Under the pieces are notes generated by a model, which did not search any database, was not told where the DNA came from, and saw nothing but the letters and a program-made list of their open reading frames with translations. The position numbers and the translations under genes are program-made. From the human T2T-CHM13v2.0 reference genome, Homo sapiens: DNA of 64,000 nt. Positions 1-12,400 of this stretch are shown here, piece by piece (the first letter of the stretch is position 1; each line of letters starts with the position of its first letter). Location of the stretch: the NCBI RefSeq assembly GCF_009914755.1, contig NC_060925.1; one strand, given 5' to 3'.

Positions 1-466
1 GAATCACCGAATAGAATCGAATGGAACAATCATCGAATGGACTCAAATGGAATTATCCTCAAATGGAATCGAATGGAATTATCGAATGCAATCGAATGGA
101 ATTATCGAATGCAATCGAATAGAATCATCGAATGGACTCGAATGGAATCATCGAATGGAATGGAATGGAACAGTCAATGAACTCGAATGGAATCATCACT
201 GAATGGAATCGAAAGGAATCATCGAGTGGAATCGAATGGAATTATGATCAAATGGAATCGAATGTAATCATCATCAAATGGAATCAAAAATAACCATCAT
301 CAATTGGTATTGAATGGAATTGTCATCAAATGGAATTCAATGAATCATCATCAAATGGAACCGAATGGAATCCTCATTGAATGGAAATGAAAGGGGTCAT
401 CATCTAATGGAATCGCATGGAATCATCATCAAATGGAATCGAATGGAATCATCATCAAATGGAATC

Positions 467-477
467 TAATGGAATCA
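467..477 (+). promoter_or_regulatory. DUX4-type motif TAATGGAATCA (fits TAAYBBAATCA), site 1; repeated in most units
   Basis: GGAATC-TAATGGAATCA-TTG at 461-480. DUX4 is known to bind and activate HSATII. Occupancy of this copy cannot be seen from sequence. Confidence 0.5.
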
Positions 478-491
478 TTGAACAGAATTGA

Positions 492-1799
492 ATGGAATCG
501 TCATCGAATGAATTGAATGCAATCATCGAATGGTCTCGAATGGAATCATCTTCTAATGGAAAGGAATGGAATCATCGCATAGAATCGAATGGAATTATCA
601 TCGAATGGAATCGAATGGTATCAACACCAAACGGAAAAAAACGGAATTATCGAATGGAATCGAAGAGAATCTTCGAACGGACCCGAATGGAATCATCTAA
701 TGGAATGGAATGGAATAATCCATGGACTCGAATGCAATCATCATCGAATGGAATCGAATGGAATCATCGAATGGACTCGAATGGAATAATCATTGAACGG
801 AATAGAATGGAATCATCATCGGATGGAAATGAATGGAATCATCATCGAATGGAATCGAATAGAATTATGGAATGAAATCCAGTGTGATCATCATCGAATG
901 GACCCCAATGGAATCATCATCCAACGGAAGCTAATGGAATCAACATCGAATGAATCTAATGGAAACACCATTGAATTGAAACGAATGGAATTATCATGAA
1001 ATTGAAATGGATGGACTCATCATCGAATGGATTCGAATGGAATCATCGAATAAAATTGATTGAAATCATCATCGAATGGAATCGAATGGTATCATTGAAT
1101 GGAATCGAATGGAATCATCATCAGATGGAAATGAATGGAATCGTCATAGAATGGAATCGAATGGATTCATTGAATGAAATCAGATGGAATCATCGAATGG
1201 ACTGGAATGGAATCATTGAATGGACTCGAAAGGGATCATTATTGAATGGAATTGAATGGAATCATCGAATGGTCTCGATTGGAATCATTATCAAATGGAA
1301 TCGAATGGAATCACCGAATAGAATCGAATGGAACAATCATCGAATGGACTCAAATGGAATTATCCTGCAATGGAATCGAATGGAATTATCGAATGCAATC
1401 GAATGGAATTATCGAATGCAATCTAATAGAATCATCGAATGGACTCGAATGGAATCATCGAATGGAATGGAATGGAACAGTCAATGAACTCGAATGGAAT
1501 CATCATTGAATGGAATCGAATGGAATCATCGAGTGGAATCGAATGGAATTATGATCAAATGGAATCGAATGTAATCATCATCAAATGGAGTCAAAAATAA
1601 CCATCATCAATTGGTATTGAATGGAATTGTCATCAAATGGAATTCAAAGGAATCATCATCAAATGGAACCGAATGGAATCCTCATTGAATGGAAATGAAA
1701 GGGGTCATCATCTAATGGAATCGCATGGAATCATCATCAAATGGAATCGAATGGAATCATCATCAAATGGAATCTAATGGAATCATTGAACAGAATTGA
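492..1799. repeat. Short 1,308-bp unit variant (one 468-bp module fewer than the 1,776-bp unit)
   Basis: Homologous ORF starts 492->1800 = 1308; also 27823->29131, 39768->41076, 58631->59939 = 1308 and 47312->48619 = 1307. 1776-1308 = 468. Confidence 0.92.
932..942 (+). promoter_or_regulatory. DUX4-type motif TAATGGAATCA, site 2; repeated in most units
   Basis: GGAAGC-TAATGGAATCA-AC at 926-944; the same context recurs in nearly every arm. Confidence 0.45.
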
Positions 1800-2771
1800 A
1801 TGGAATCGTCATCGAATGAATTGAATGCAATCATCGAATGGTCTCGAATGGAATCATCTTCTAATGGAAAGGAATGGAATCATCGCATAAAATCGAATGG
1901 AATTATCATCGAATGGAATCGAATGGTATCAACACCAAACGGAAGAAAACGGAATTATCGAATGGAATCGAAGAGAATCTTCGAACGGACCCGAATGGAA
2001 TCATCTAATGGAATGGAATGGAATAATCCATGGACTCGAATGCAATCATCATCGAATGGAATCGAATGGAATCATTGAATGGACTCTAATGGAATAATCA
2101 TTGAACGGAATCGATTGGAATCATCATCGGATGGAAACGAATGGAATCATCATCGAATGGAAATGAAAGGAGTCATCATCTAATGGAATTGCATGGAATC
2201 ATCATAAAATGGAATCGAATGGAATCAACATCAAATGGAATCTAATGGAATCATTGAACGGAATTGAATGGAATCGTCATCGAATGAATTGACTGCAATC
2301 ATCCAATGGTCTCGAATGGAATCATCTTCAAATGGAATGGAATGGAATCATCGCATAGAATCGAATGGAATTATCATCGAATGGAATCGAATGGAATCAA
2401 CATCCAACGGAAAAAAACGGAATTATCGAATGGAATCGAAGGGAATCATCGAATGGACCCGAATGGAATCATCTAATGGAATGGAATGGAATAATCCATG
2501 GACTCGAATGCAATCATCATCGAATGGAATCGAATGGAATCATCGAATGGACTCGAATGGAATAATCATTGAACGGAATCGAATGGAATCATCATCGGAT
2601 GGAAATGAATGGAATCATCATCGAATGGAATCGAATAGAATTATGGAATGAAATCCAGTGTGATCATCATCGAATGGACCCGAATGGAATCATCATCCAA
2701 CGGAAGCTAATGGAATCAACATCGAATGAATCAAATGGAAACACCATCGAATTGAAACGAATGGAATTATC
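996..2771. repeat. Canonical 1,776-bp higher-order unit (example copy)
   Basis: The landmark ATGAAATTGAAATGGATGG (or a close variant) recurs 34 times. 16 of 33 intervals are 1,774-1,776 bp, e.g. 996->2772, 18040->19816->21592, 59939->61715. Confidence 0.95.
1800..2267. repeat. 468-bp internal module, present in 1-4 tandem copies per unit (example copy)
   Basis: Homologous starts spaced by 468: 1800/2268, 4659/5127, 7720/8188, 12332/12800, 45430/45898, 46340/46808. Confidence 0.93.
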
Positions 2772-4103
2772 ATGAAATTGAAATGGATGGACTCATCATC
2801 GAATGGATTCGAATGGAATCATCGAATAAAATTGATTGAAATCATCATCGAATGGAATCGAATGGTATCATTGAATGGAATCGAATGGAATCATCATCAG
2901 ATGGAAATGAATGGAATCGTCATAGAATGGAATCGAATGGATTCATTGAATGGAATCAGATGGAATCATCGAATGGACTGGAATGGAATCATTGAATGGA
3001 CTCGAAAGGGATCATGATTGAATGGAATTGAATGGAATCATCGAATGGTCTCGATTGGAATCATTATCAAATGGAATCGAATGGAATCACCGAATAGAAT
3101 CGAATGGAACAATCATCGAATGGACTCAAATGGAATTATCCTCAAATGGAATGGAATGGAATTATCGAATGCAATCGAATGGAATTATCGAATGCAATCG
3201 AATAGAATCATCGAATGGACTCGAATGGAATCATCGAATGGAATGGAATGGAACAGTCAATGAACTCGAATGGAATCATCATTGAATGGAATCGAATGGA
3301 ATCATCGAGTGGAATCGAATGGAATTATGATCAAATGGAATCGAATGTAATCATCATCAAATGGAATCAAAAATAACCATCATCAATTGGTATTGAATGG
3401 AATTGTCATCAAATGGAATTCAAAGGAATCATCATCAAATGGAACCGAATGGAATCCTCATTGAATGGAAATGAAAGGGGTCATCATCTAATGGAATCGC
3501 ATGGAATCATCATCAAATGGAATCGAATGGAATCATCATCAAATGGAATCTAATGGAATCATTGAACAGAATTGAATGGAATGGTCATCGAATGAATTGA
3601 ATGCAATCATCGAATGGTCTCGAATGGAATCATCTTCTAATGGAAAGGAATGGAATCATCGCATAGAATCGAATGGAATTATCATCGAATGGAATCGAAT
3701 GGTATCAACACCAAACGGAAAAAAACGGAATTATCGAATGGAATCGAAAAGAATCTTCGAACGGACCCGAATGGAATCATCTAATGGAATGGAATGGAAT
3801 AATCCATGGACTCGAATGCAATCATCATCGAATGGAATCGAATGGAATCATCGAATGGACTCGAATGGAATAATCATTGAACGGAATCGAATGGAATCAT
3901 CATCGGATGGAAACGAATGGAATCATCATCGAAAGGAAATGAAAGGAGTCATCATCTAATGGAATTGCATGGAATCATCATAAAATGGAATCGAATGGAA
4001 TCAACATCAAATGGAATCAAATGGAATCATTGAACGGAATTGAATGGAATCGTCATCAAATGAATTGACTGTAATCATCGAATGGTCTCGAATGTAATCA
4101 GAT

Positions 4104-4397
4104 TCTAATGGAAAGGAATGGAATCATCGCATAGAATCGAATGGAATTAACATTGAATGGACTCGAATGGAATCAACATCAAACGGAATCAAGCGGAATT
4201 ATCGAATGGAATCGAAGAGAATCATCGAATGGTCTCGAATGGAATCATCTTCTAATGGAAAGGAATGGAATCATCGCATAGAATCGAATGGAATTAACAT
4301 TGAATGGACTCGAATGGAATCAACATCAAATGGAATCAAGCGGAATTATCGAATGAAATCGAAGAGAATCATCGAATGGACTCGAATGGAATCATCT
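4104..4397. repeat. 147-bp tandem duplication inside a 468-bp module (615-bp module variant)
   Basis: TCTAATGGAAAGGAATGG...ATTAACATTG...ATCAAGCGG starts at 4104 and again at 4251. The module spans 4044->4659 = 615 = 468+147. Recurs near 10.0, 14.6, 17.45 and 55.3 kb. Confidence 0.9.
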
Positions 4398-6499
4398 AAT
4401 GGAATGGAATGGAATAATCCACGGACTCGAATGCAATCATCATCGTATAGAATCGAATGGAATCATCGAATGGACTCGAATGGAATAACCATTGAACGGA
4501 AGCGAATGGAATCATCATCGGATGGAAACGAATGGAATCATCATCGAATGGAAATGTAAGGAGTCATCATCTAATGGAATTGCATGGAATCATCATAAAA
4601 TGGAATCGAATGGAATCATCATCAAATGGAATCAAATGGAATCATTGAACGGAATTGAATGGAATCGTCATCGAATGAATTGAATGCAATCATCGAATGG
4701 TCTCGAATGGAATCATCTTCAAATGGAATGGAATGGAATCATCGCATAGAATCGAATGGAATTATCATCGAATGGAATCGAATGGTATCAACATCAAACG
4801 GAAAAAAACGGAATTATCGAATGGAATCGAAGAGAATCTTCGAACGGACCCGAATGGAATCATCTAATGGAATGGAATGGAATAATCCATGGACTCGAAT
4901 GCAATTATCATCGAATGGAATCGAATGGAATCTTTGAATGGACTCGAATGGAATAATCATTGAACGGAATCGAATGGAATCATCATCGGATGGAAACGAA
5001 TGGAATCATCATCGAATGGAAATGAAAGGAGTCATCATCTAATGGAATTGCATGGAATCATCATAAAATGGAATCGAATGGAATCAACATCAAATGGAAT
5101 CAAATGGAATCATTGAACGGAATTGAATGGAATCGTCATCGAATGAATTGAATGCAATCATCGAATGGTCTCGAATGGAATCATCTTCAAATGGAATGGA
5201 ATGGAATCATCGCATAGAATCGAATGGAATTATCATCGAATGGAATCGAATGGAATCAACATCAAACGGAAAAAAACGGAATTATCGAATGGAATCGAAG
5301 AGAATCATCGAATGGACCCGAATGGAATCATCTAATGGAATGGAATGGAATAATCCATGGACTCAAATGCAATCATCATCGAATGGAATCGAATGGAATC
5401 ATCGAATGGACTCAAATGGAATAATCATTGAACGGAATCGAATGGAATCATCATCGGATGGAAATGAATGGAATCATCATCGAATGGAATCGAATAGAAT
5501 TATGGAATGAAATCCAGTGTGATCATCATCGAATGGACCCGAATGGAATCATCATCCAACAGAAGCTAATGGAATCAACATCGAATGAATCGAATGGAAA
5601 CACCATCGATTTCAAACGAATGGAATTACCATGAAATTGAAATGGATGGACTCATCATCGAATGGATTCGGATGGAATCATCGAATAAAATTGATTGAAA
5701 TCATCATCGAATGAAATCGAATGGTATCATTGAATGGAATCGAATGGAATCATCATCAGATGGAAATGAATGGAATCGTCATAGAATGGAATCGAATGGA
5801 TTCATTGAATGGAATCAGATGGAATCATCGAATGGACTGGAATGGAATCATTGAATGGACTCGAAAGGGATCATGATTGAATGGAATTGAATGGAATCAT
5901 CGAATGGTCTCGATTGGAATCATTATCAAATGGAATCGAATGGAATCACCGAATAGAATCGAATGGAACAATCATCGAATGGACTCAAATGGAATTATCC
6001 TTAAATGGAATCGAATGGAATTATCGAATGCAATCGAATAGAATCATCGAATGGACTCGAATGGAATCATCGAACGGAATGGAATGGAACAGTCAATGAA
6101 CTCGAATGGAATCATCATTGAATGGAATCGAATGGAATCATCGAGTGGAATTGAATGGAATTATGATCAAATGGAATCGAATGTAATCATCATCAAATGG
6201 AATCAAAAATAACCATCATCAATTGGTATTGAATGGAATTGTCATCAAATGGAATTCAAAGGAATCATCATCAAATGGAACCGAATGGAATCCTCATTGA
6301 ATGGAAATGAAAGGGGTCATCATCTAATGGAATCGCATGGAATCATCGTCAAATGGAATCGAATGGAATCATCATCAAATGGAATCTAATGGAATCATTG
6401 AACAGAATTGAATGGAATCGTCATCGAATGAATTGAATGCAATCATCGAATGGTCTCGAATGTAATCATCTTCAAATGGAATGGAATGGAATCATCGCA

Positions 6500-9400
6500 T
6501 AGAATCGAATGGAATTATCATCGAATGGAATCGAATGGAATCAACATCAAACGGAAAAAAACGGAATTATCGAATGGAATCGAAGAGAATCATCGAATGG
6601 ACACGAATGGAATCATCTAATGGAATGGAATGGAATAATCCATGGACTCGAATGCAATCATCATCGAATGGAATCGAATGGAATCATCGAATGGACTCGA
6701 ATGGAATAATCATTGAAGGGAATCGAATGGAATCATCATCGGATGGAAATGAATGGAATCATCATCGAATGGAATCGAATAGAATTATGGAATGAAATCC
6801 AGTGTGATCATCATCGAATGGACCCGAATGGAATCATCATCCAACGGAAGCTAATGGAATCAACATCGAATGAATCGAATGGAAACACCATCGAATTGAA
6901 ACGAATGGAATTATCATGAAATTGAAATGGATGGACTCATCATCGAATGGATTCGAATTGAATCATCGAATAAAATTGATTGAAATCATCATCGAATGGA
7001 ATCGAATGGTATCATTGAATGGAATCGAAAGGAATCATCATCAGATGGAAATGAATGGAATCGTCATAGAATGGAATCGAATGGATTCATTGAATGGAAT
7101 CAGATGGAATCATCGAATGGACTGGAATGGAATCATTGAATGGACTCGAAAGAGATCATGATTGAATGGAATTGAATGGAATCATCGAATGGTCTCGATT
7201 GGAATCATTATCAAATGGAATCGAATGGAATCACCGAATGGAATCGAATGGAACAATCATCGAATGGACTCAAATGGAATTATCCTCAAATGGAATCGAA
7301 TGGAATTATCGAATGCAATCGAATGGAATTATCGAATGCAATCGAATAGAATCATCGAAAGGACTCGAATGGAATCATCGAATGGAATGGAATGGAACAG
7401 TCAATGAACTCGAATGGAATCATCATTGAATGGAATCGAATGGAATCATCGAGTGGAATCGAATGGAATTATGATCAAATGGAATCGAATTTAATCATCA
7501 TCAAATGGAATCAAAAATAACAATCATCAATTGGTATTGAATGGAATTGTCATCAAATGGAATTCAAAGGAATCATCATCAAATGGAACCGAATGGAATC
7601 CTCATTGAATGGAAATGAAAGAGGTCATCATCTAATGGAATCGCATGGAATCATCATCAAATGGAATCGAATGGAATCATCATCAAATGGAATCTAATGG
7701 AATCATTGAACAGAATTGAATGGAATCGTCATCGAATGAATTGAATGCAATCATCGAATGGTCTCGAATGGAATCATCTTCTAATGGAAAGGAATGGAAT
7801 CATCGCATAGAATCGAATGGAATTATCATCGAATGGAATCGAATGGTATCAACACCAAACGGAAAAAAACGGAATTATCGAATGGAATCGAAAAGAATCT
7901 TCGAACGGACCCGAATGGAATCATCTAATGGAATGGAATGGAATAATCCATGGACTCGAATGCAATCATCATCGAATGGAATCGAATGGAATCATCGAAT
8001 GGACTCGAATGGAATAATCATTGAACGGAATCGAATGGAATCATCATCGGATGGAAACGAATGGAATCATCATCGAATGGAAATGAAAGGAGTCATCATC
8101 TAATGCAATTGCATGGAATCATCATCAAATGGAATCGAATGGAATCAACATCAAATGGAATCTAATGGAATCATTGAACAGAATTGAATGGAATCGTCAT
8201 CGAATGAATTGACTGCAATCATCGAATGGTCTCGAATGGAATCATCTTCAAATGGAATGGAATGGAATCATCGAATAGAATCGAATGGAATTATCATCGA
8301 ATGGAATCGAATGGAATCAACATCAAACGGAAAAAAACGGAATTATCGAATGGAATCGAAGAGAATCATCGAATGGACCCGAATGGAATCATCTAATGGA
8401 ATGGAATGGAATAATCCATGGACTCGAATGCAATCATCATCGAATGGAATCGAATGGAATCATCGAATGGACTCGAATGGAATAATCATTGAACGGAATC
8501 GAATGGAATCATCATCGGATGGAAATGAATAGAATCATCATCGAATGGAATCGAATAGAATTATGGAATGAAATCCAGTGTGATCATCATCGAATGGACC
8601 CGAATGGAATCATCATCCAACAGAAGCTAATGGAATCAACATCGAATGAATCGAATGGAAACACCATCGAATTCAAACGAATGGAATTACCATGAAATTG
8701 AAATGGATGGACTCATCATCGAATGGATTCGGATGGAATCATCGAATAAAATTGATTGAAATCATCATCGAATGAAATCGAATGGTATCATTGAATGGAA
8801 TCGAATGGAATCATCATCAGATGGAAATGAATGGAATCGTCATAGAATGGAATCGAATGGATTCATTGAATGGAATCAGATGGAATCATTGAATGGACTG
8901 GAATGGAATCATTGAATGGACTCGAAAGGGATCATGATTGAATGGAATTGAATGGAATCATCGAATGGTCTCGATTGGAATCATTATCAAATGGAATCGA
9001 ATGGAATCACCGAATAGAATCGAATGGAACAATCATCGAATGGACTCAAATGGAATTATCCTTAAATGGAATCGAATGGAATTATCGAATGCAATCGAAT
9101 AGAATCATCGAATGGACTCGAATGGAATCATCGAACGGAATGGAATGGAACAGTCAATGAACTCGAATGGAATCATCATTGAATGGAATCGAATGGAATC
9201 ATCGAGTGGAATCGAATGGAATTATGATCAAATGGAATCGAATGTAATCATCATCAAATGGAATCAAAAATAACCATCATCAATTGGTATTGAATGGAAT
9301 TGTCATCAAATGGAATTCAAAGGAATCATCATCAAATGGAACCGAATGGAATCCTCATTGAATGGAAATGAAAGGGGTCATCATCTAATGGAATCGCATG

Positions 9401-12400
9401 GAATCATCATCAAATGGAATCGAATGGAATCATCATCAAATGGAATCTAATGGAATCATTGAACAGAATTGAATGGAATCGTCATCGAATGAATTGAATG
9501 CAATCATCGAATGGTCTCGAATGGAATCATCTTCTAATGGAAAGGAATGGAATCATCGCATAGAATCGAATGGAATTATCATCGAATGGAATCGAATGGT
9601 ATCAACACCAAACGGAAAAAAACGGAATTATCGAATGGAATCGAAGAGAATCTTCGAACGGACCCGAATGGAATCATCTAATGGAATGGAATGGAATAAT
9701 CCATGGACTCGAATGCAATCATCATCGAATGGAATCGAATGGAATCATCGAATGGACTCGAATGGAATAATCATTGAACGGAATCGAATGGAATCATCAT
9801 CGGATGGAAACGAATGGAATCATCATCGAATGGAAATGAAAGGAGTCATCATCTAATGGAATTGCATGGAATCATCATAAAATGGAATCGAATGGAATCA
9901 ACATCAAATGGAATCAAATGGAATCATTGAACGGAATTGAATGGAATCGTCATCGAATGAATTGACTGCAATCATCGAATGGTCTCGAATGTAATCAGAT
10001 TCTAATGGAAAGGAATGGAATCATCGCATAGAATCGAATGGAATTAACATTGAATGGACTCGAATGGAATCAACATCAAACGGAAAAAAACGGAATTATC
10101 GAATGGAATCGAAGAGAATCATCGAATGGTCTCGAATGGAATCATATTCTAATGGAAAGGAATGGAATTATCGCATAGAATCGAATGGAATTAACATTGA
10201 ATGGACTCGAATGGAATCAACACCAAATGGAATCAAGCGGAATTATCGAATGAAATCGAAGAGAATCATCGAATGGACTCGAATGGAATCATCTAATGGA
10301 ATGGAATGGAATAATCCACGGACTCGAATGCAATCATCATCGTATAGAATCGAATGGAATCATCGAATGGACTCGAATGGAATAACCATTGAACGGAAGC
10401 GAATGGAATCATCATCGGATGGAAACGAATGGAATCATCATCGAATGGAAATGTAAGGAGTCATCATCTAATGGAATTGCATGGAATCATCATAAAATGG
10501 AATCGAATGGAATCATCATCAAATGGAATCAAATGGAATCATTGAACGGAATTGAATGGAATCGTCATCGAATGAATTGAATGCAATCATCGAATGGTTT
10601 CGAATGGAATCATCTTCAAATGGAATGGAATGGAATCATCGCATAGAATCGAATGGAATTATCATCGAATGGAATCGAATGGTATCAACATCAAACGGAA
10701 AAAAACGGAATTATCGAATGGAATCGAAGAGAATCTTCGAACGGACCCTAATGGAATCATCTAATGGAATGGAATGGAATAATCAATGGACTCGAATGCA
10801 ATTATCATCAAATGGAATCGAATGGAATCTTTGAATGGACTCGAATGGAATAATCATTGAACGGAATCGAATGGAATCATCATCGGATGGAAACGAATGG
10901 AATCATCATCGAATGGAAATGAAAGGAGTCATCATCTAATGGAATTGCATGGAATCATCATAAAATGGAATCGAATGGAATCAACATCAAATGGAATCAA
11001 ATGGAATCATTGAACGGAATTGAATGGAATCGTCATCGAATGAATTGAATGCAATCATCGAATGGTCTCGAATGGAATCATCTTCAAATGGAATGGAATG
11101 GAATCATCGCATAGAATCGAATGGAATTATCATCGAATGGAATCGAATGGAATCAACATCAAACGGAAAAAAACGGAATTATCGAATGGAATCGAAGAGA
11201 ATCATCGAATGGACCCGAATGGAATCATCTAATGGAATGGAATGGAATAATCCATGGACTCGAATGCAATCATCATCGAATGGAATCGAATGGAATCATC
11301 GAATGGACTCGAATGGAATAATCATTGAAGGGAATCGAATGGAATCATCATCGGATGGAAATGAATGGAATCATCATCGAATGGAATCGAATAGAATTAT
11401 GGAATGAAATCCAGTGTGATCATCATCGAATGGACCCGAATGGAATCATCATCCAACGGAAGCTAATGGAATCAACATCGAATGAATCGAATGGAAACAC
11501 CATCGAATTGAAACGAATGGAATTATCATGAAATTGAAATGGATGGACTCATCATCGAATGGATTCGAATGGAATCATCGAATAAAATTGATTGAAATCA
11601 TCATCCAATGGAATCGAATGGTATCATTGAATGGAATCGAATGGAATCATCATCAGATGGAAATGAATGGAATCGTCATAGAATGGAATCGAATGGATTC
11701 ATTGAATGGAATCAGATGGAATCATCGAATGGACTGGAATGGAATCATTGAATGGACTCGAAAGGGATCATGATTGAATGGAATTGAATGGAATCATCGA
11801 ATGGTCTCGATTGGAATCATTATCAAATGGAATCGAATGGAATCACCGAATAGAATCGAATGGAACAATCATCGAATGGACTCAAATGGAATTATCCTCA
11901 AATGGAATCGAATGGAATTATCGAATGCAATCGAATGGAATTATCGAATGCAATCGAATAGAATCATCGAATGGACTCGAATGGAATCATCGAATGGAAT
12001 GGAATGGAACAGTCAATGAACTCGAATGGAATCATCATTGAATGGAATCGAATGGAATCATCGAGTGGAACCGAATGGAATTATGATCAAATGGAATCGA
12101 ATGTAATCATCATCAAATGGAATCAAAAATAACCATCATCAATTGGTATTGAATGGAATTGTCATCAAATGGAATTCAAAGGAATCATCATCAAATGGAA
12201 CCGAATGGAATCCTCATTGAATGGAAATGAAAGGGGTCATCATCTAATGGAATCGCATGGAATCATCATCAAATGGAATCGAATGGAATCATCATCAAAT
12301 GGAATCTAATGGAATCATTGAACAGAATTGAATGGAATCGTCATCGAATGAATTGAATGCAATCATCGAATGGTCTCGAATGGAATCATCTTCTAATGGA

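Noticed and set aside
666-675. Heat-shock-element-like AGAATCTTCG (nGAAnnTTCn)
   Set aside because: Only two inverted pentamers; a canonical HSE needs at least three, and the GAA repeats elsewhere are direct, not alternating.
699-716. TEAD/MCAT-like GGAATG (CATTCC) motifs
   Set aside because: This is the basic satellite pentamer context and is ubiquitous, so it is not informative as a discrete regulatory feature without binding data.
996-1487. Recurrent 163-aa ORF (MKLKWMDSSSNGFEWNHR...) and the 127-aa and 66-aa ORF families
   Set aside because: These are translations of GAATGGAATC repeats (MEWNGIIEWN-like low complexity). They overlap in several frames and are freely broken by stops and frameshifts between copies. 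No domain or coding signature is visible.
4104-4250. 147-bp duplication equals the nucleosome core length
   Set aside because: Adequately explained by microhomology and the monomer register (3 x 49). Nothing in the sequence supports a nucleosome-based cause.
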